DNA of 53,294 nucleotides from a virus (IMGVR_UViG_3300009120_000072:1-53294), one strand, 5' to 3'. Positions 29,481-38,808 are shown, numbered from the stretch's first letter. Translations and numbers: made by a program. The notes: generated by a model from the letters alone, not told the origin.

Positions 29481-30743
29481 ATGCCAATTGTAAAAAAATA
29501 TGCCCAAGTGGTTTCTACCGTAAATACATGGACTAATCCTGAAAACATATTTGCAGATGATGGGGTATATGCCACTACAGGAGGAACAAGAAACGGAAAT
29601 CATGACATTATAGGAAGTGATTTTGGTTTCACTATTCCGACAGGTTCAATAATCAATTCAGTGACTGTGGAAGTAGAATACAAGTTATCAACTACTGCTT
29701 CAGCTGCTACTTTAACATTACAGGCGCAGTACAACGGATCACTAAAAGGAAGCGCTAGTACAACCACAAACGAACCAACAGTTGACACAATATGGGATAC
29801 AAGTAACACAGGATCATGGAGTGTCGATGAATTAAATAACGAATTAGCAGAGGTTCTATTTCGAGTAAGAAGAACATCCAATACTGGGTGTACCTATTCT
29901 GTTGATTACATATCAATTGAAGTTGACTATACAGAACCAAGTTATGACTTTGATATTAGTGGTTCTATCAATCAATTCAGTTCCTTATCTGGAAACGCAA
30001 CAAAAGAAACATCCATAGCTGGTTCTATAAACCAAAGCCAATTATTGACCGCAAATACTGAAAAGATAGTAGATTTATCCGGAAGCATCAATCAAGCAAG
30101 CACATTGTCTGGAACAATTGAAAATGTTGCAATCGTGCATCACGATATCAGTGGTTCCATTAATCAAGCAAGCACATTGTCTGGTGGATTGAGCAAAACT
30201 TCAGATTTGTCCGGTGAAATTGGCCAAAATCAGACGGTGAGCGGAAATGCCGAGAAATCGGCAAATATGAGCGGTAGTATCGATCAAACAATTAATTTAT
30301 TTGGAAAGTCAATTAAAGTAGTTTCAATCGGTGGAACCATTGAACAGCCACAAACGCTATATGCATTCATCATTAAAGATGGTGAAGAAAGCACAGAAAA
30401 AGAGCTGGCCGGAAGTATTAACCAAACATCTGTTATAACCGGCGGAATTTTAAAAATAACCAGTATAGAAGGCAGCATACAAGCTTTGTCGGTTTTGAAC
30501 GGTAATTGTATAAAATCGGCTGATCTGTTCGGTTCAATCATTATCATCGCAGAGTTAACTGCAGTGATCACAAAGTTTGAATATACAGATACAAGAATAG
30601 TCAGAGTAATCCAAATTACAGCCAAGCTTAATGGCATACTCCAAAATGATGTGATCATAGGGAATCGATATCACCATCAATCCATATTGAATGGTGCTAA
30701 TAAATCGACCACAGTGATTGAAATCATCACAGAAAGACGGTGA
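29481..30743 (+). CDS. Tail-associated protein with ~20-aa (I/L)SGSINQ repeats
   Basis: Beta-rich N-terminal domain followed by multiple SGSINQ.S.LSG repeats. Confidence 0.65.
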   Translation: MPIVKKYAQVVSTVNTWTNPENIFADDGVYATTGGTRNGNHDIIGSDFGFTIPTGSIINSVTVEVEYKLSTTASAATLTLQAQYNGSLKGSASTTTNEPTVDTIWDTSNTGSWSVDELNNELAEVLFRVRRTSNTGCTYSVDYISIEVDYTEPSYDFDISGSINQFSSLSGNATKETSIAGSINQSQLLTANTEKIVDLSGSINQASTLSGTIENVAIVHHDISGSINQASTLSGGLSKTSDLSGEIGQNQTVSGNAEKSANMSGSIDQTINLFGKSIKVVSIGGTIEQPQTLYAFIIKDGEESTEKELAGSINQTSVITGGILKITSIEGSIQALSVLNGNCIKSADLFGSIIIIAELTAVITKFEYTDTRIVRVIQITAKLNGILQNDVIIGNRYHHQSILNGANKSTTVIEIITERR

Positions 30744-30749
30744 TAAGAT

Positions 30750-31061
30750 ATGATTATCGAAGCATATCAGGGTGAAACAGTAAAAATTGAAACTAGTGTG
30801 GTTGATACATCCGGCAACGCTGCAAACTTAACTGGAGCAATTGCAAAATTTGCTTTGCTCCAGCCATCCGGCGATAAAATCACTAAAGACTGCAGTATCA
30901 GTGAAAACGTTGTGCAAATCACGTTGTCACCGGAAGAAACTGCTGATGTTGGATTTTATCGTTTCGAAATAAGAATAAAGTTAAATGATGAAGTAGATAG
31001 TCTTGTAATTGGGGATATGCAGATTCGAGAATCTCTAATTACATCCATAGAAAGTGAGTGA
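30750..31061 (+). CDS. BppU-like baseplate protein
   Basis: YQGET..NLTGA...LSPEETA..G.Y.FEI pattern. Confidence 0.6.
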   Translation: MIIEAYQGETVKIETSVVDTSGNAANLTGAIAKFALLQPSGDKITKDCSISENVVQITLSPEETADVGFYRFEIRIKLNDEVDSLVIGDMQIRESLITSIESE

Positions 31062-32152
31062 TCAATATGGCAGTAAGAAGCGGATTTTTCAATAGCATTG
31101 ATAGTGACCGATTGTACGATGCTTCGAGGTTTGCGGAATACTTTGCAGCATTTATCGGAACAGGGGTGTTCTCTGATCCAACAACAAGCTTGCAGGTTCA
31201 AGTCGATACCGGTATGAATGTGAAGATTAAGACTGGAAAAGCATGGATCAATGGCTACATTCTTGTCAGTGATGCCGATTATACAATGGCGGTTCCTTCA
31301 GAAGCTGTGTTGAATCGTATTGATCGAATCGTTGTTCGGCTTCATTATGCAAACAGGGAAATGACGATCGTACGTAAAGCTGGTACTGCAGCATCATCGC
31401 CAAGCGCACCGGCAGTGACCAGGGATGCCAACATGTATGAATTATCACTGGCCACAATTACGGTCAATGCCGGTACAAGCACGATCACATCCGGAATGAT
31501 TAGTGATACACGATCGGATGCCAGTGTTTGTGGCTATGTTTCTTCCACCATTACAAACTTGCCATATTTGACACCGGATAAAGTGCTGATATCTGATCCG
31601 GATGGAAAACTTGTTGTAAGCTCTGTTTCCAAAAATGAACTTGATTATTTGATAGGTGTATCATCCAACATTCAAACACAATTAAACGGTAAGCAAGCCA
31701 CAATAAACGGCGCAGCATCAACGATCGTTTCAAGCAACTTAACTGCAAATCGTGCGCTAATAGCAAACGCAAGCGGGAAGGTAGCTGTTTCATCCATAAC
31801 GGAAACTGAAATCGGTTTTTTATCTGGTGTTTCATCCAATCTTCAAACACAGTTGAATGGTAAGCAGGCTACAATTAGCGGCGCAGCATCAACGATCGTA
31901 TCCAGTAATCTTACTGCAAACAGAGCGCTTCTGTCGGATGCCAGTGGCAAAGTAGCGGTATCATCGATAACAAACACAGAGCTTGGACACTTATCCGGTG
32001 TAACTGCTGCCATTCAAACGCAACTGAATGGGAAGCTTGGAACATCTGCACAAGCTGCTGATTCACTGAAAGTCGGCGGTAAAAAGATTTCTGTCGGTAC
32101 ATCAGCACCATCATCACCTGCAGTCGGTGATGTGTGGATCGATACGAACTAG
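31058..32152 (+). CDS. Baseplate/tail fibre protein with three internal repeats
   Basis: RSGFFNS..DRLYDA, RIDRIVVRL; three ..GK..VSS...E...L.GV...IQTQLNGK repeats; GDVWIDT terminus. Confidence 0.8.
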   Translation: MINMAVRSGFFNSIDSDRLYDASRFAEYFAAFIGTGVFSDPTTSLQVQVDTGMNVKIKTGKAWINGYILVSDADYTMAVPSEAVLNRIDRIVVRLHYANREMTIVRKAGTAASSPSAPAVTRDANMYELSLATITVNAGTSTITSGMISDTRSDASVCGYVSSTITNLPYLTPDKVLISDPDGKLVVSSVSKNELDYLIGVSSNIQTQLNGKQATINGAASTIVSSNLTANRALIANASGKVAVSSITETEIGFLSGVSSNLQTQLNGKQATISGAASTIVSSNLTANRALLSDASGKVAVSSITNTELGHLSGVTAAIQTQLNGKLGTSAQAADSLKVGGKKISVGTSAPSSPAVGDVWIDTN

Positions 32153-32164
32153 GGGTGATGTAAA

Positions 32165-32800
32165 ATGGCTCAAGGCATTTTTGGATATAGCGCTCTGGCG
32201 GTCAATTTCAGTAGATGGGGCGGAGTTCCGTATTATGCGAACGTTGCATTACGAGCTGTCATGCCGGAAGATGGTACGGTTCTAAAGATAGCACTTAAAC
32301 TTGGAAGGAATCAAGATTCGGATACTCCAATTGTTTGGGGTGTAATTTGGGATCGTGACAATGGAAATCTTTTGGCGGTGTCACCAGCTTCACAATCGCC
32401 AAACAACACATTTACCGGATCATACTCATCATTACTTACCTATACATTTGATTTGCCGGAAGTGAAGATTGCGGCCGGAAAAGCATTGTGGATCGGATGT
32501 GCTAAACGATCCAATGAAAGCAACAGAGCATTATATTTTGGTTCAAGGCAATCGTTAAGCGGTTATACCACTGATTATCAAAACGTTTCAAGATCATCGC
32601 CTGGAAACTTCAGTGCAGTTACCGGAACATGGTCAAGTGAAGCATTATGGGTAGAAGTAACTTATCGAACCGGCGGTCAGGTCAAAGTGTGGACAGGCGC
32701 TGCGTTTGTAGAGAAACCGGTCAAAGTGTTTGACGGTTCTCAATGGGTAGAAAAACCGATTAAAGCGTGGGATGGTTCTTCCTGGAAGGAAAGTAACTAA
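32165..32800 (+). CDS. Putative receptor-binding / tail tip protein
   Basis: Beta-rich; C-terminal VKVW.G..W.EKP repeats. Confidence 0.6.
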   Translation: MAQGIFGYSALAVNFSRWGGVPYYANVALRAVMPEDGTVLKIALKLGRNQDSDTPIVWGVIWDRDNGNLLAVSPASQSPNNTFTGSYSSLLTYTFDLPEVKIAAGKALWIGCAKRSNESNRALYFGSRQSLSGYTTDYQNVSRSSPGNFSAVTGTWSSEALWVEVTYRTGGQVKVWTGAAFVEKPVKVFDGSQWVEKPIKAWDGSSWKESN

Positions 32801-32821
32801 TAAAAAGAAAGAGGTACTGTT

Positions 32822-33553
32822 ATGAAAAAAATTTATTTAAGTCCGTCAAAACAACCAGCAAACATTTATTATGACAGAAAGCACACCGAAGAATTGGTGA
32901 TGAATTGGATCGCTGATGCAATGGTTTCGTTTTTGTCAAAGTATGATGTTCAAGTGTTGCGTGGTGGCAAAGATCAAGATTTAGTAAGCAGAGCAGCTGA
33001 AGCAAATCGTGAGCAAGTTGATTATTATTTTGCCATACATTCAAACGCTGGTGGTGGTATTGGCTGTGAAGTTTTCTATCAAGTCGGAGTAGACAAGTCT
33101 GCTGATGTTAAGACAAAATCAAAATCATATGCAAATAAGGTGAACACCGACTTATCAGCAATCACTCCACTAATGACAAAGGTTGGTGATCGTGGTATTA
33201 AGTTCAAAACATTGTTAGATGGTCGAGATTGGAATAATGAGTTGCGCAACACTAAAATTCCAGCAAACTTGGTTGAAATTGAATTTCACGACACAAAAGC
33301 CGGAAGCGAATGGATCTTGAACAACATCAAACTGATTGCTGAAACCATGAGTAAATCAATCGTTGATATGTTGGGTGTTCAGTTAAAACAGACTATCCCT
33401 GCAGATGACTTCTTCTTCGTTCAAACCGGTGCTTATAAAACGCTTGCTGAAGCTGAAGCTGAAGCAGTCAAACTTGCAAAACTAACTGGCAAAGAAGTTG
33501 GTGTTAAGTATGGCAGCAAATTTGCGCTAAAGTGGATCAAAGGCATTAAATAG
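32822..33553 (+). CDS. Endolysin, Amidase_3 with SPOR-like C-terminus
   Basis: IYLSPS, AIHSNAGGG, LVEIEFHD; VQTGAYK. Confidence 0.88.
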   Translation: MKKIYLSPSKQPANIYYDRKHTEELVMNWIADAMVSFLSKYDVQVLRGGKDQDLVSRAAEANREQVDYYFAIHSNAGGGIGCEVFYQVGVDKSADVKTKSKSYANKVNTDLSAITPLMTKVGDRGIKFKTLLDGRDWNNELRNTKIPANLVEIEFHDTKAGSEWILNNIKLIAETMSKSIVDMLGVQLKQTIPADDFFFVQTGAYKTLAEAEAEAVKLAKLTGKEVGVKYGSKFALKWIKGIK

Positions 33554-33570
33554 ACAGGCGGTATCTCCAA

Positions 33571-33930
33571 ATGGATGTAGAAAAAATCTTTCTTGAATAC
33601 TGGTTACATTTTCTTCTGACAGGATTGTCAGGGTTTCTTACTTGGGTGGTTTATCGATTAAAAAATAAATTGGAATTATCCACAAAAAGATGGAACGCAA
33701 CTGAAAACGGTGTTCAAGCGCTTTTAAGAAATGAGATTATCAAATCATACAATCACTACATGGAAAGAGGTTTCTTGCCAATCCATGAACGTGATAACAT
33801 CAATAACTTGTACAAGCAGTATCAAAATCTAGGTGGTAACGGTACGGTTCCAAGACTAATGGAAGAACTTGAGGATCTGCCGGTTCACGATATATCCGTA
33901 CGGATGAAAGGGGATTATTATAATGAGTGA
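33571..33930 (+). CDS. Holin-like single-TM lysis protein
   Basis: N-terminal TM, GVQALLR, Y..LGGNG. Confidence 0.7.
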   Translation: MDVEKIFLEYWLHFLLTGLSGFLTWVVYRLKNKLELSTKRWNATENGVQALLRNEIIKSYNHYMERGFLPIHERDNINNLYKQYQNLGGNGTVPRLMEELEDLPVHDISVRMKGDYYNE

Positions 33931-34213
33931 GTTCTTTACATGGGAGTTTCTCGCAACATTTGCTGGTAGCGTTGCATTTGTTACCGCAGTGACCGAAGTG
34001 ATTAAGTATTATCTGTCAAAGGTCGATCCGAAGTATATTGCTTTGGTAGCAGCCATCGTGGTGACATTTGCGGTGCAGCTGTTGTTTTACAAAGACTTCG
34101 CACCGGAAGGATTGGTTCTGGCAGCATTCAATGTGATTGCTGTGCTATTCGGCTCAATCGGTGCATTTGAAGCCATTGTTAAACCGATCGAACGAAAACT
34201 AACAGATAACTAA
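33923..34213 (+). CDS. Holin, three TM
   Basis: EFFTWEFLATFAG; three hydrophobic segments. Confidence 0.8.
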   Translation: MSEFFTWEFLATFAGSVAFVTAVTEVIKYYLSKVDPKYIALVAAIVVTFAVQLLFYKDFAPEGLVLAAFNVIAVLFGSIGAFEAIVKPIERKLTDN

Positions 34214-34243
34214 AAAGAGAGGTCTAATCCTCTCTTTTTTTTT
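34212..34243 (+). terminator. Terminator after the lysis module
   Basis: AAAAAGAGAGG-TCTAAT-CCTCTCTTTTTTTTT. Confidence 0.85.
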
Positions 34244-34249
34244 GGCAGA

Positions 34250-34280
34250 CCTGGATTTGCCACATACCTTGTGTTAAAAT
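34250..34280 (+). promoter_or_regulatory. Probable RM promoter with a CCWGG site over the -35 region
   Basis: Extended -10 TGTTAAAAT at 34272-34280; CCTGG at 34250-34254. Confidence 0.5.
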
Positions 34281-34345
34281 GAGATTAGAAAGAGATAATC
34301 TCTATAAATTAGTTCATTGCACCTAATAAAAGGAGGTGGATATAC

Positions 34346-35347
34346 TTGGCAAATTTTACTTTTATTGATTTATTCGCAGGAATCGGGGGAATCCGCTTGG
34401 GGTTTGAATCAATTGGTGGTTCTTGTATATTCACAAGCGAATGGAATGAGTGGTCAAAGAAAACATACATAGCAAACTTTGGTGAAGGAGAAACAATTGT
34501 TGGTGATATAGTACCTTTCCCTTCTGAAGAGATTCCAGATCATGATGTGCTTTTAGCCGGATTTCCATGCCAACCTTTTTCTATTGCAGGTGTTTCTAAA
34601 AAAAATGCACTAGGTAAACCACATGGATTTGAGTGTACTACACAAGGTACACTATTTTTTGATGTTGCGAGAATTATTGCCGCAAAGAAACCTAAAGCAT
34701 TTTTGCTTGAAAATGTTAAAAATTTAGTTTCCCATGACAAGGGTAGTACATTTAAAATCATCATTGATACTTTAGAAAAAGAATTAGGTTACCATGTTTT
34801 TTGGAAAATTATTGACGGACAAGGGTGGGTTCCTCAACATAGAGAACGCATAATTATAGTGGGATTTAGGAATAAGGTTGATTTTTCATGGGATGATTTG
34901 AATATTCCAAGTGAACGCATATTACTAAAATCAGTATTGCATCCTGAAGATGGATCAGAAAAAACTGAACCACCATATACAACGGGTACTAATGCCAAAG
35001 TTCATTCAAAGTATGTCTTATCTGATAATCTATGGAAATATCTTCAAGACTATGCGGCAAAGCACAAAGCCAAAGGAAACGGTTTTGGTTTTGGTTTGGT
35101 CACAGAGAATGATATAGCAAGGACATTATCTGCACGATACTATAAAGATGGTTCAGAAATTTTAGTTTCTCGTGGAAAGAGGAAAAATCCTCGAAGGTTA
35201 ACTCCTCGTGAATGTGCGAGGTTGATGGGTTTCGATGATTCATATAAAATTGTCGTTTCTGATACACAAGCGTATAGGCAGTTTGGAAACTCAGTAGTGG
35301 TTCCTGTGATAAAAGAAGTTGCTCGACTTATGGAGCCATTTATCTAG
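34346..35347 (+). CDS. dcm: DNA (cytosine-5) methyltransferase, Dcm/M.EcoRII-like
   Basis: [60 protein letters not shown]; TTG start with AGGAGG RBS. Confidence 0.92.
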   Translation: MANFTFIDLFAGIGGIRLGFESIGGSCIFTSEWNEWSKKTYIANFGEGETIVGDIVPFPSEEIPDHDVLLAGFPCQPFSIAGVSKKNALGKPHGFECTTQGTLFFDVARIIAAKKPKAFLLENVKNLVSHDKGSTFKIIIDTLEKELGYHVFWKIIDGQGWVPQHRERIIIVGFRNKVDFSWDDLNIPSERILLKSVLHPEDGSEKTEPPYTTGTNAKVHSKYVLSDNLWKYLQDYAAKHKAKGNGFGFGLVTENDIARTLSARYYKDGSEILVSRGKRKNPRRLTPRECARLMGFDDSYKIVVSDTQAYRQFGNSVVVPVIKEVARLMEPFI

Positions 35348-35366
35348 GAATGAGGGTGGTGAAAGA

Positions 35367-36581
35367 GTGAAAGAAGGATACTTATCTCAATACTTTAAAG
35401 GTATTGCTGTAAAAACCTTGAGCGCAGTAGAAGCGGATGTTACAAAAAGTCATCAACATGAATTTAATGGTGCAGCACCTTTAAAGAGAATTTTTAGTAT
35501 TGAAAGAAATAAGTATGAAGCAAACTTTATCTATCTAAATGATAATGACGATGAACCGGTTACGGATAAAGGGTACTTAACATGGTATGATGCAAGGGAA
35601 AATCATCCAACTCGAACAGAGTATCGAATGTATTTTCCTACTACAGCTGTATCAGTATGTACTACTGCCGGCGATACATTGTTTATTGGATTAAGGCCGG
35701 ATAATACTGTTTTAGTTGTTATTACTGAAAATGGATCAACGATTGGTAATCAGGTTCGTTGGTTGTTTGGTGTTGAAAATGCCTTATTTCCTAGTTTTTC
35801 TATCAGAGAAGAATTAGAAAGCGAGCAAGATAGAATTGCGTTTGCATCTAGATTTATCCTTGAAGAATTAGGGATTGAAGTAGAAGAGAATGCACCAAAT
35901 TATCTTGATGAAATGTTACATATATTTAATGGTAACTTTCCATCAACCAAAGAATTTTCACTATATGCACGTTCGACAATTAAGGACTTAGATCCTCGTG
36001 TTGATCCTTCAGATATCGTACTGATGGGGTGGATGGAAAGAGAAGAAATACTTTTCAGGACGCTAGAAAAATACTTAATAGCTGACCGATTAACCGCTGG
36101 GTTTAGTGATGATGTAGATGGGTTTATCAATTTTTCTCTTTCAATCCAAAATCGCAGAAAAAGTCGTGTTGGTCACGCATTAGAAAATCACATAGAACAA
36201 ATTTTAATATGCCGAAATGTTAGTTACGATAGAACAAAGATTACAGAGAATAAATCAAAACCGGATTTTATTTTTCCGAGCATAGCTAAATACCGTAATC
36301 CTAGATTTGACGAAACACTTCTCACAATGTTGGGTGTAAAGAGTACTTGTAAAGACAGATGGCGGCAAGTTTTAACGGAAGCTGACAGAGTAAGGCGGAA
36401 GCATTTGTTAACATTAGAAGCTGCTATAAGTGAAAATCAAACCAATGAAATGATGTATAATGAACTACAGTTGGTTGTTCCTAGTAGCCTTCACAAAACA
36501 TATTCATTAAGGCAACAACAGTGGTTGGTAACTATGGATGATTTTATTTCAATGGTAGTGGAACGCCAAAAAGTAGGATGA
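35367..36581 (+). CDS. Type II restriction endonuclease, EcoRII-like
   Basis: N-terminal KTLS...SHQ effector-like domain; NRRKSRVGHALE, KPDFIFP, KSTCKDRWRQV catalytic motifs. Confidence 0.9.
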   Translation: MKEGYLSQYFKGIAVKTLSAVEADVTKSHQHEFNGAAPLKRIFSIERNKYEANFIYLNDNDDEPVTDKGYLTWYDARENHPTRTEYRMYFPTTAVSVCTTAGDTLFIGLRPDNTVLVVITENGSTIGNQVRWLFGVENALFPSFSIREELESEQDRIAFASRFILEELGIEVEENAPNYLDEMLHIFNGNFPSTKEFSLYARSTIKDLDPRVDPSDIVLMGWMEREEILFRTLEKYLIADRLTAGFSDDVDGFINFSLSIQNRRKSRVGHALENHIEQILICRNVSYDRTKITENKSKPDFIFPSIAKYRNPRFDETLLTMLGVKSTCKDRWRQVLTEADRVRRKHLLTLEAAISENQTNEMMYNELQLVVPSSLHKTYSLRQQQWLVTMDDFISMVVERQKVG

Positions 36582-36582
36582 T

Positions 36583-36606
36583 AAAAAGAGGCCGGAGCCT
36601 CTTTTT
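36583..36606. terminator. Bidirectional terminator
   Basis: AAAAAGAGGC-CGGA-GCCTCTTTTT. Confidence 0.85.
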
Positions 36607-36615
36607 AAATTGATA

Positions 36616-36682
36616 TTAATTTGCCTTACAATATTGATAGATATCTTTTCTTGTTCTGACAAGAGGTATGGTTAGGTACGGT
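36616..36682 (-). other. Detached 3' end of the serine integrase gene, joined only in the excised attP state
   Basis: In frame after GGGE: PYLTIPLVRTRKDIYQYCKAN*, with a terminator just downstream. Confidence 0.8.
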
Positions 36683-36695
36683 TCACCTCCACCAA
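36683..36695 (+). repeat. attR core of prophage 1 / displaced tmRNA 3' end
   Basis: TCACCTCCACCAA, identical to 1914-1926. Confidence 0.92.
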
Positions 36696-36699
36696 ATGC

Positions 36700-36730
36700 A
36701 AAAAAACCGCTTAAATAGCGGTTATTTTTT
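36700..36730. terminator. Terminator after the displaced tmRNA end and the tyrosine integrase
   Basis: AAAAAAACCGC-TTAAATA-GCGGTTATTTTTT. Confidence 0.8.
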
Positions 36731-36735
36731 ATTTT

Positions 36736-36757
36736 TGGGGATACAATGGGGATACAA
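36736..36757 (+). repeat. Tandem 11-bp repeat, probable integrase arm-type sites
   Basis: TGGGGATACAA x2 between the att core and the integrase stop. Confidence 0.7.
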
Positions 36758-36758
36758 A

Positions 36759-37817
36759 CTACTTTTTTCTGATTGAGTTGATTACATCTGCGCTTTTCTG
36801 ATCGATATTTCTTAGTGCATGTGCATATACTTTTGATGTTATATCAATACTAGAATGTCCCAGTCTTCTTGAGACTGTTATCAGTGGAACATCAGCATCT
36901 AAAAGTAGAGAACCATTGCTATGACGTAGTTGATGGATTGTAATCTTTGGTCCACCATATTTACTGACCGCTCTTTCAAAATGTCTTGTAATTGAAGTGT
37001 CTGCGAGTGGCTCAAAACCGCCAAACAGAAACGGGCCATCAGTTTTCAATAGTGGTTTTAACGATTCAAATAGTTCGTCATCCATCTTTAACACCCGATG
37101 ACTTTTAGGTGTTTTTAGACTAGATAACCCTTCGAGACTTCTTGTGGCACCGTGTGGCAAACTTTTTGATATTGTTACTGTCTTGTTAGTTATATCAATA
37201 TCTGTTTTTAGTACAGCTCGTGTTTCCGCTCTTCTTGTTCCCAAATAATAACTAAATTCGAAATATTTTCTAAGAGTATCATTCTCAATGAATGTTAGAA
37301 GATGCTCAAATTGCTGGGGATCTATCACTTTTGCTTCGGTCTTATCTTCAAACGTCAACTTAAATCTCTTGAGAGACTTCGCGGTATCTTTTATATCATA
37401 GTCTATATACCCAAAAGATGTTATTGCTCGAATAATATCAATAGTGGAGTTCATTGTTCGAGTTGCGATTCCGAAATCAGTCAGCGACTCTCTCCACTTT
37501 TGGAGTTTTTTCGCATGGATTGGCAACTCAAGCTCTAGTATTTCTCCGGCATAACTTCGAAGTCTCGCTTTTTTCTGTTGTATAGTATTTTCATTTGCAT
37601 AGCCTTTTCGACTTGAGAAGTATCGTTCAGCCAAGCTACCTAAAGTGAATTTATGCTTTACTTCGCCATGATCAACTCGATAATTTGCTTCCCAATTTTG
37701 AGCTTCTCTCTTTGTTTCAAATCCTCTTTTCTTAATCGAACGAATTTTCCCTGTTGCATCACGGAAGCGAATATCTGCATACCATTTTTTTGTTTGTGAA
37801 TCTTTATAAGTGGCCAC
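36759..37817 (-). CDS. Tyrosine integrase with arm-binding domain
   Basis: KKRGFETKREA arm domain, GTRRAE, LKT, HQLRHS, LGHSS...VYAH. Confidence 0.95.
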   Translation of the reverse strand: MATYKDSQTKKWYADIRFRDATGKIRSIKKRGFETKREAQNWEANYRVDHGEVKHKFTLGSLAERYFSSRKGYANENTIQQKKARLRSYAGEILELELPIHAKKLQKWRESLTDFGIATRTMNSTIDIIRAITSFGYIDYDIKDTAKSLKRFKLTFEDKTEAKVIDPQQFEHLLTFIENDTLRKYFEFSYYLGTRRAETRAVLKTDIDITNKTVTISKSLPHGATRSLEGLSSLKTPKSHRVLKMDDELFESLKPLLKTDGPFLFGGFEPLADTSITRHFERAVSKYGGPKITIHQLRHSNGSLLLDADVPLITVSRRLGHSSIDITSKVYAHALRNIDQKSADVINSIRKK

Positions 37818-37897
37818 TTTATCCTCCTGCCTCGTTTTTGTTGACTTCCATAAAATGTATCAAGGCTGTTAGTATAGAATTAGAATGATTAAAATGT

Positions 37898-38734
37898 CTA
37901 TTCAAATGTAGGAATTACTTTGATTTGATTGCAATAAATAGCGATTTCTGTGCCTTTACGCTTAGTTTCAACTGAGTAATTTAGTGTAAATTTACTCTGT
38001 CTATACTTCGAGTATAAAACTTCTATTAACTTGCAATCATCATATGTTACAAACCATGTGTTTTTTAGCACTGAAATTTGCTTAAACAAATCAATGTGAT
38101 CGGATTCTTTATATGAATTTGTGTAAAGTTGGTGTCCTTTGTTCACATATGGTGGGTCGAGATAAAAGAATGCGTTTGATATCCTCTTGTCAAGTTCATC
38201 AATAAAATTTTTTGCATCTTGATTTGACAATATAATACTATTTTTATGGCTAGCAATAACTTGAATTAGCTTGATAATACGTTCTTTATTAAAACGACAA
38301 TTCATTTTATAACTTCCATTTTGATTAACTCCGCCTATAGGATTCGCTTTTAGAATTCCTGAACGATTTGTTCGGTTCAAAAACAATGTCGCAAATCCAA
38401 GATCCAGAATGCTAGCATTCTCTTTATTGTTAAAAATCATTTTCTGAGTATGCCAATTTTCGACATTAATCTCAGTAGTTCGAATCTTATCAATCAACTC
38501 ATCAGTATTATTCAATATAGCGAACCACAATGAATAAATGGCAATATCTAGATCATTTAGGAAAATTCTATCTACTACACCAGTAATCAACAAGTCCAAG
38601 GCGATAGCAGAACCTCCAGCAAATGGCTCAACATAATTCACTATTTCAAAATCACAGTTAAGTATTAACTGCTTCAGATAATTCGCAAGTTTGGATTTCC
38701 CCCCTGGATATCTTAATGGTGATTTCGTTGTCAT
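37898..38734 (-). CDS. Dam/D12-family N6-adenine DNA methyltransferase
   Basis: SPLRYPGGKSKL, YVEPFAGG, YLDPPY. Confidence 0.93.
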   Translation of the reverse strand: MTTKSPLRYPGGKSKLANYLKQLILNCDFEIVNYVEPFAGGSAIALDLLITGVVDRIFLNDLDIAIYSLWFAILNNTDELIDKIRTTEINVENWHTQKMIFNNKENASILDLGFATLFLNRTNRSGILKANPIGGVNQNGSYKMNCRFNKERIIKLIQVIASHKNSIILSNQDAKNFIDELDKRISNAFFYLDPPYVNKGHQLYTNSYKESDHIDLFKQISVLKNTWFVTYDDCKLIEVLYSKYRQSKFTLNYSVETKRKGTEIAIYCNQIKVIPTFE

Positions 38735-38808
38735 AAAAAACTCCTTGCTAATATTATAATGCATAATATTTAGATTGGCCATTAATGAATCTGCTGTTGC
38801 TAATAATG

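Larger units (their letters stand above)
1914..36695. mobile_element. Prophage 1, serine-integrase siphovirus-like temperate phage integrated at the ssrA 3' end
   Basis: Integrase-repressor-replication-packaging-head-tail-lysis gene order between identical 13-bp repeats. Confidence 0.95.

Noticed and set aside
27189-32800. Invertible tail-fibre shufflon driven by the extra tyrosine recombinase
   Set aside because: All tail genes are on one strand, no inverted crossover repeats or silent cassettes were seen, and the recombinase is about 20 kb away.
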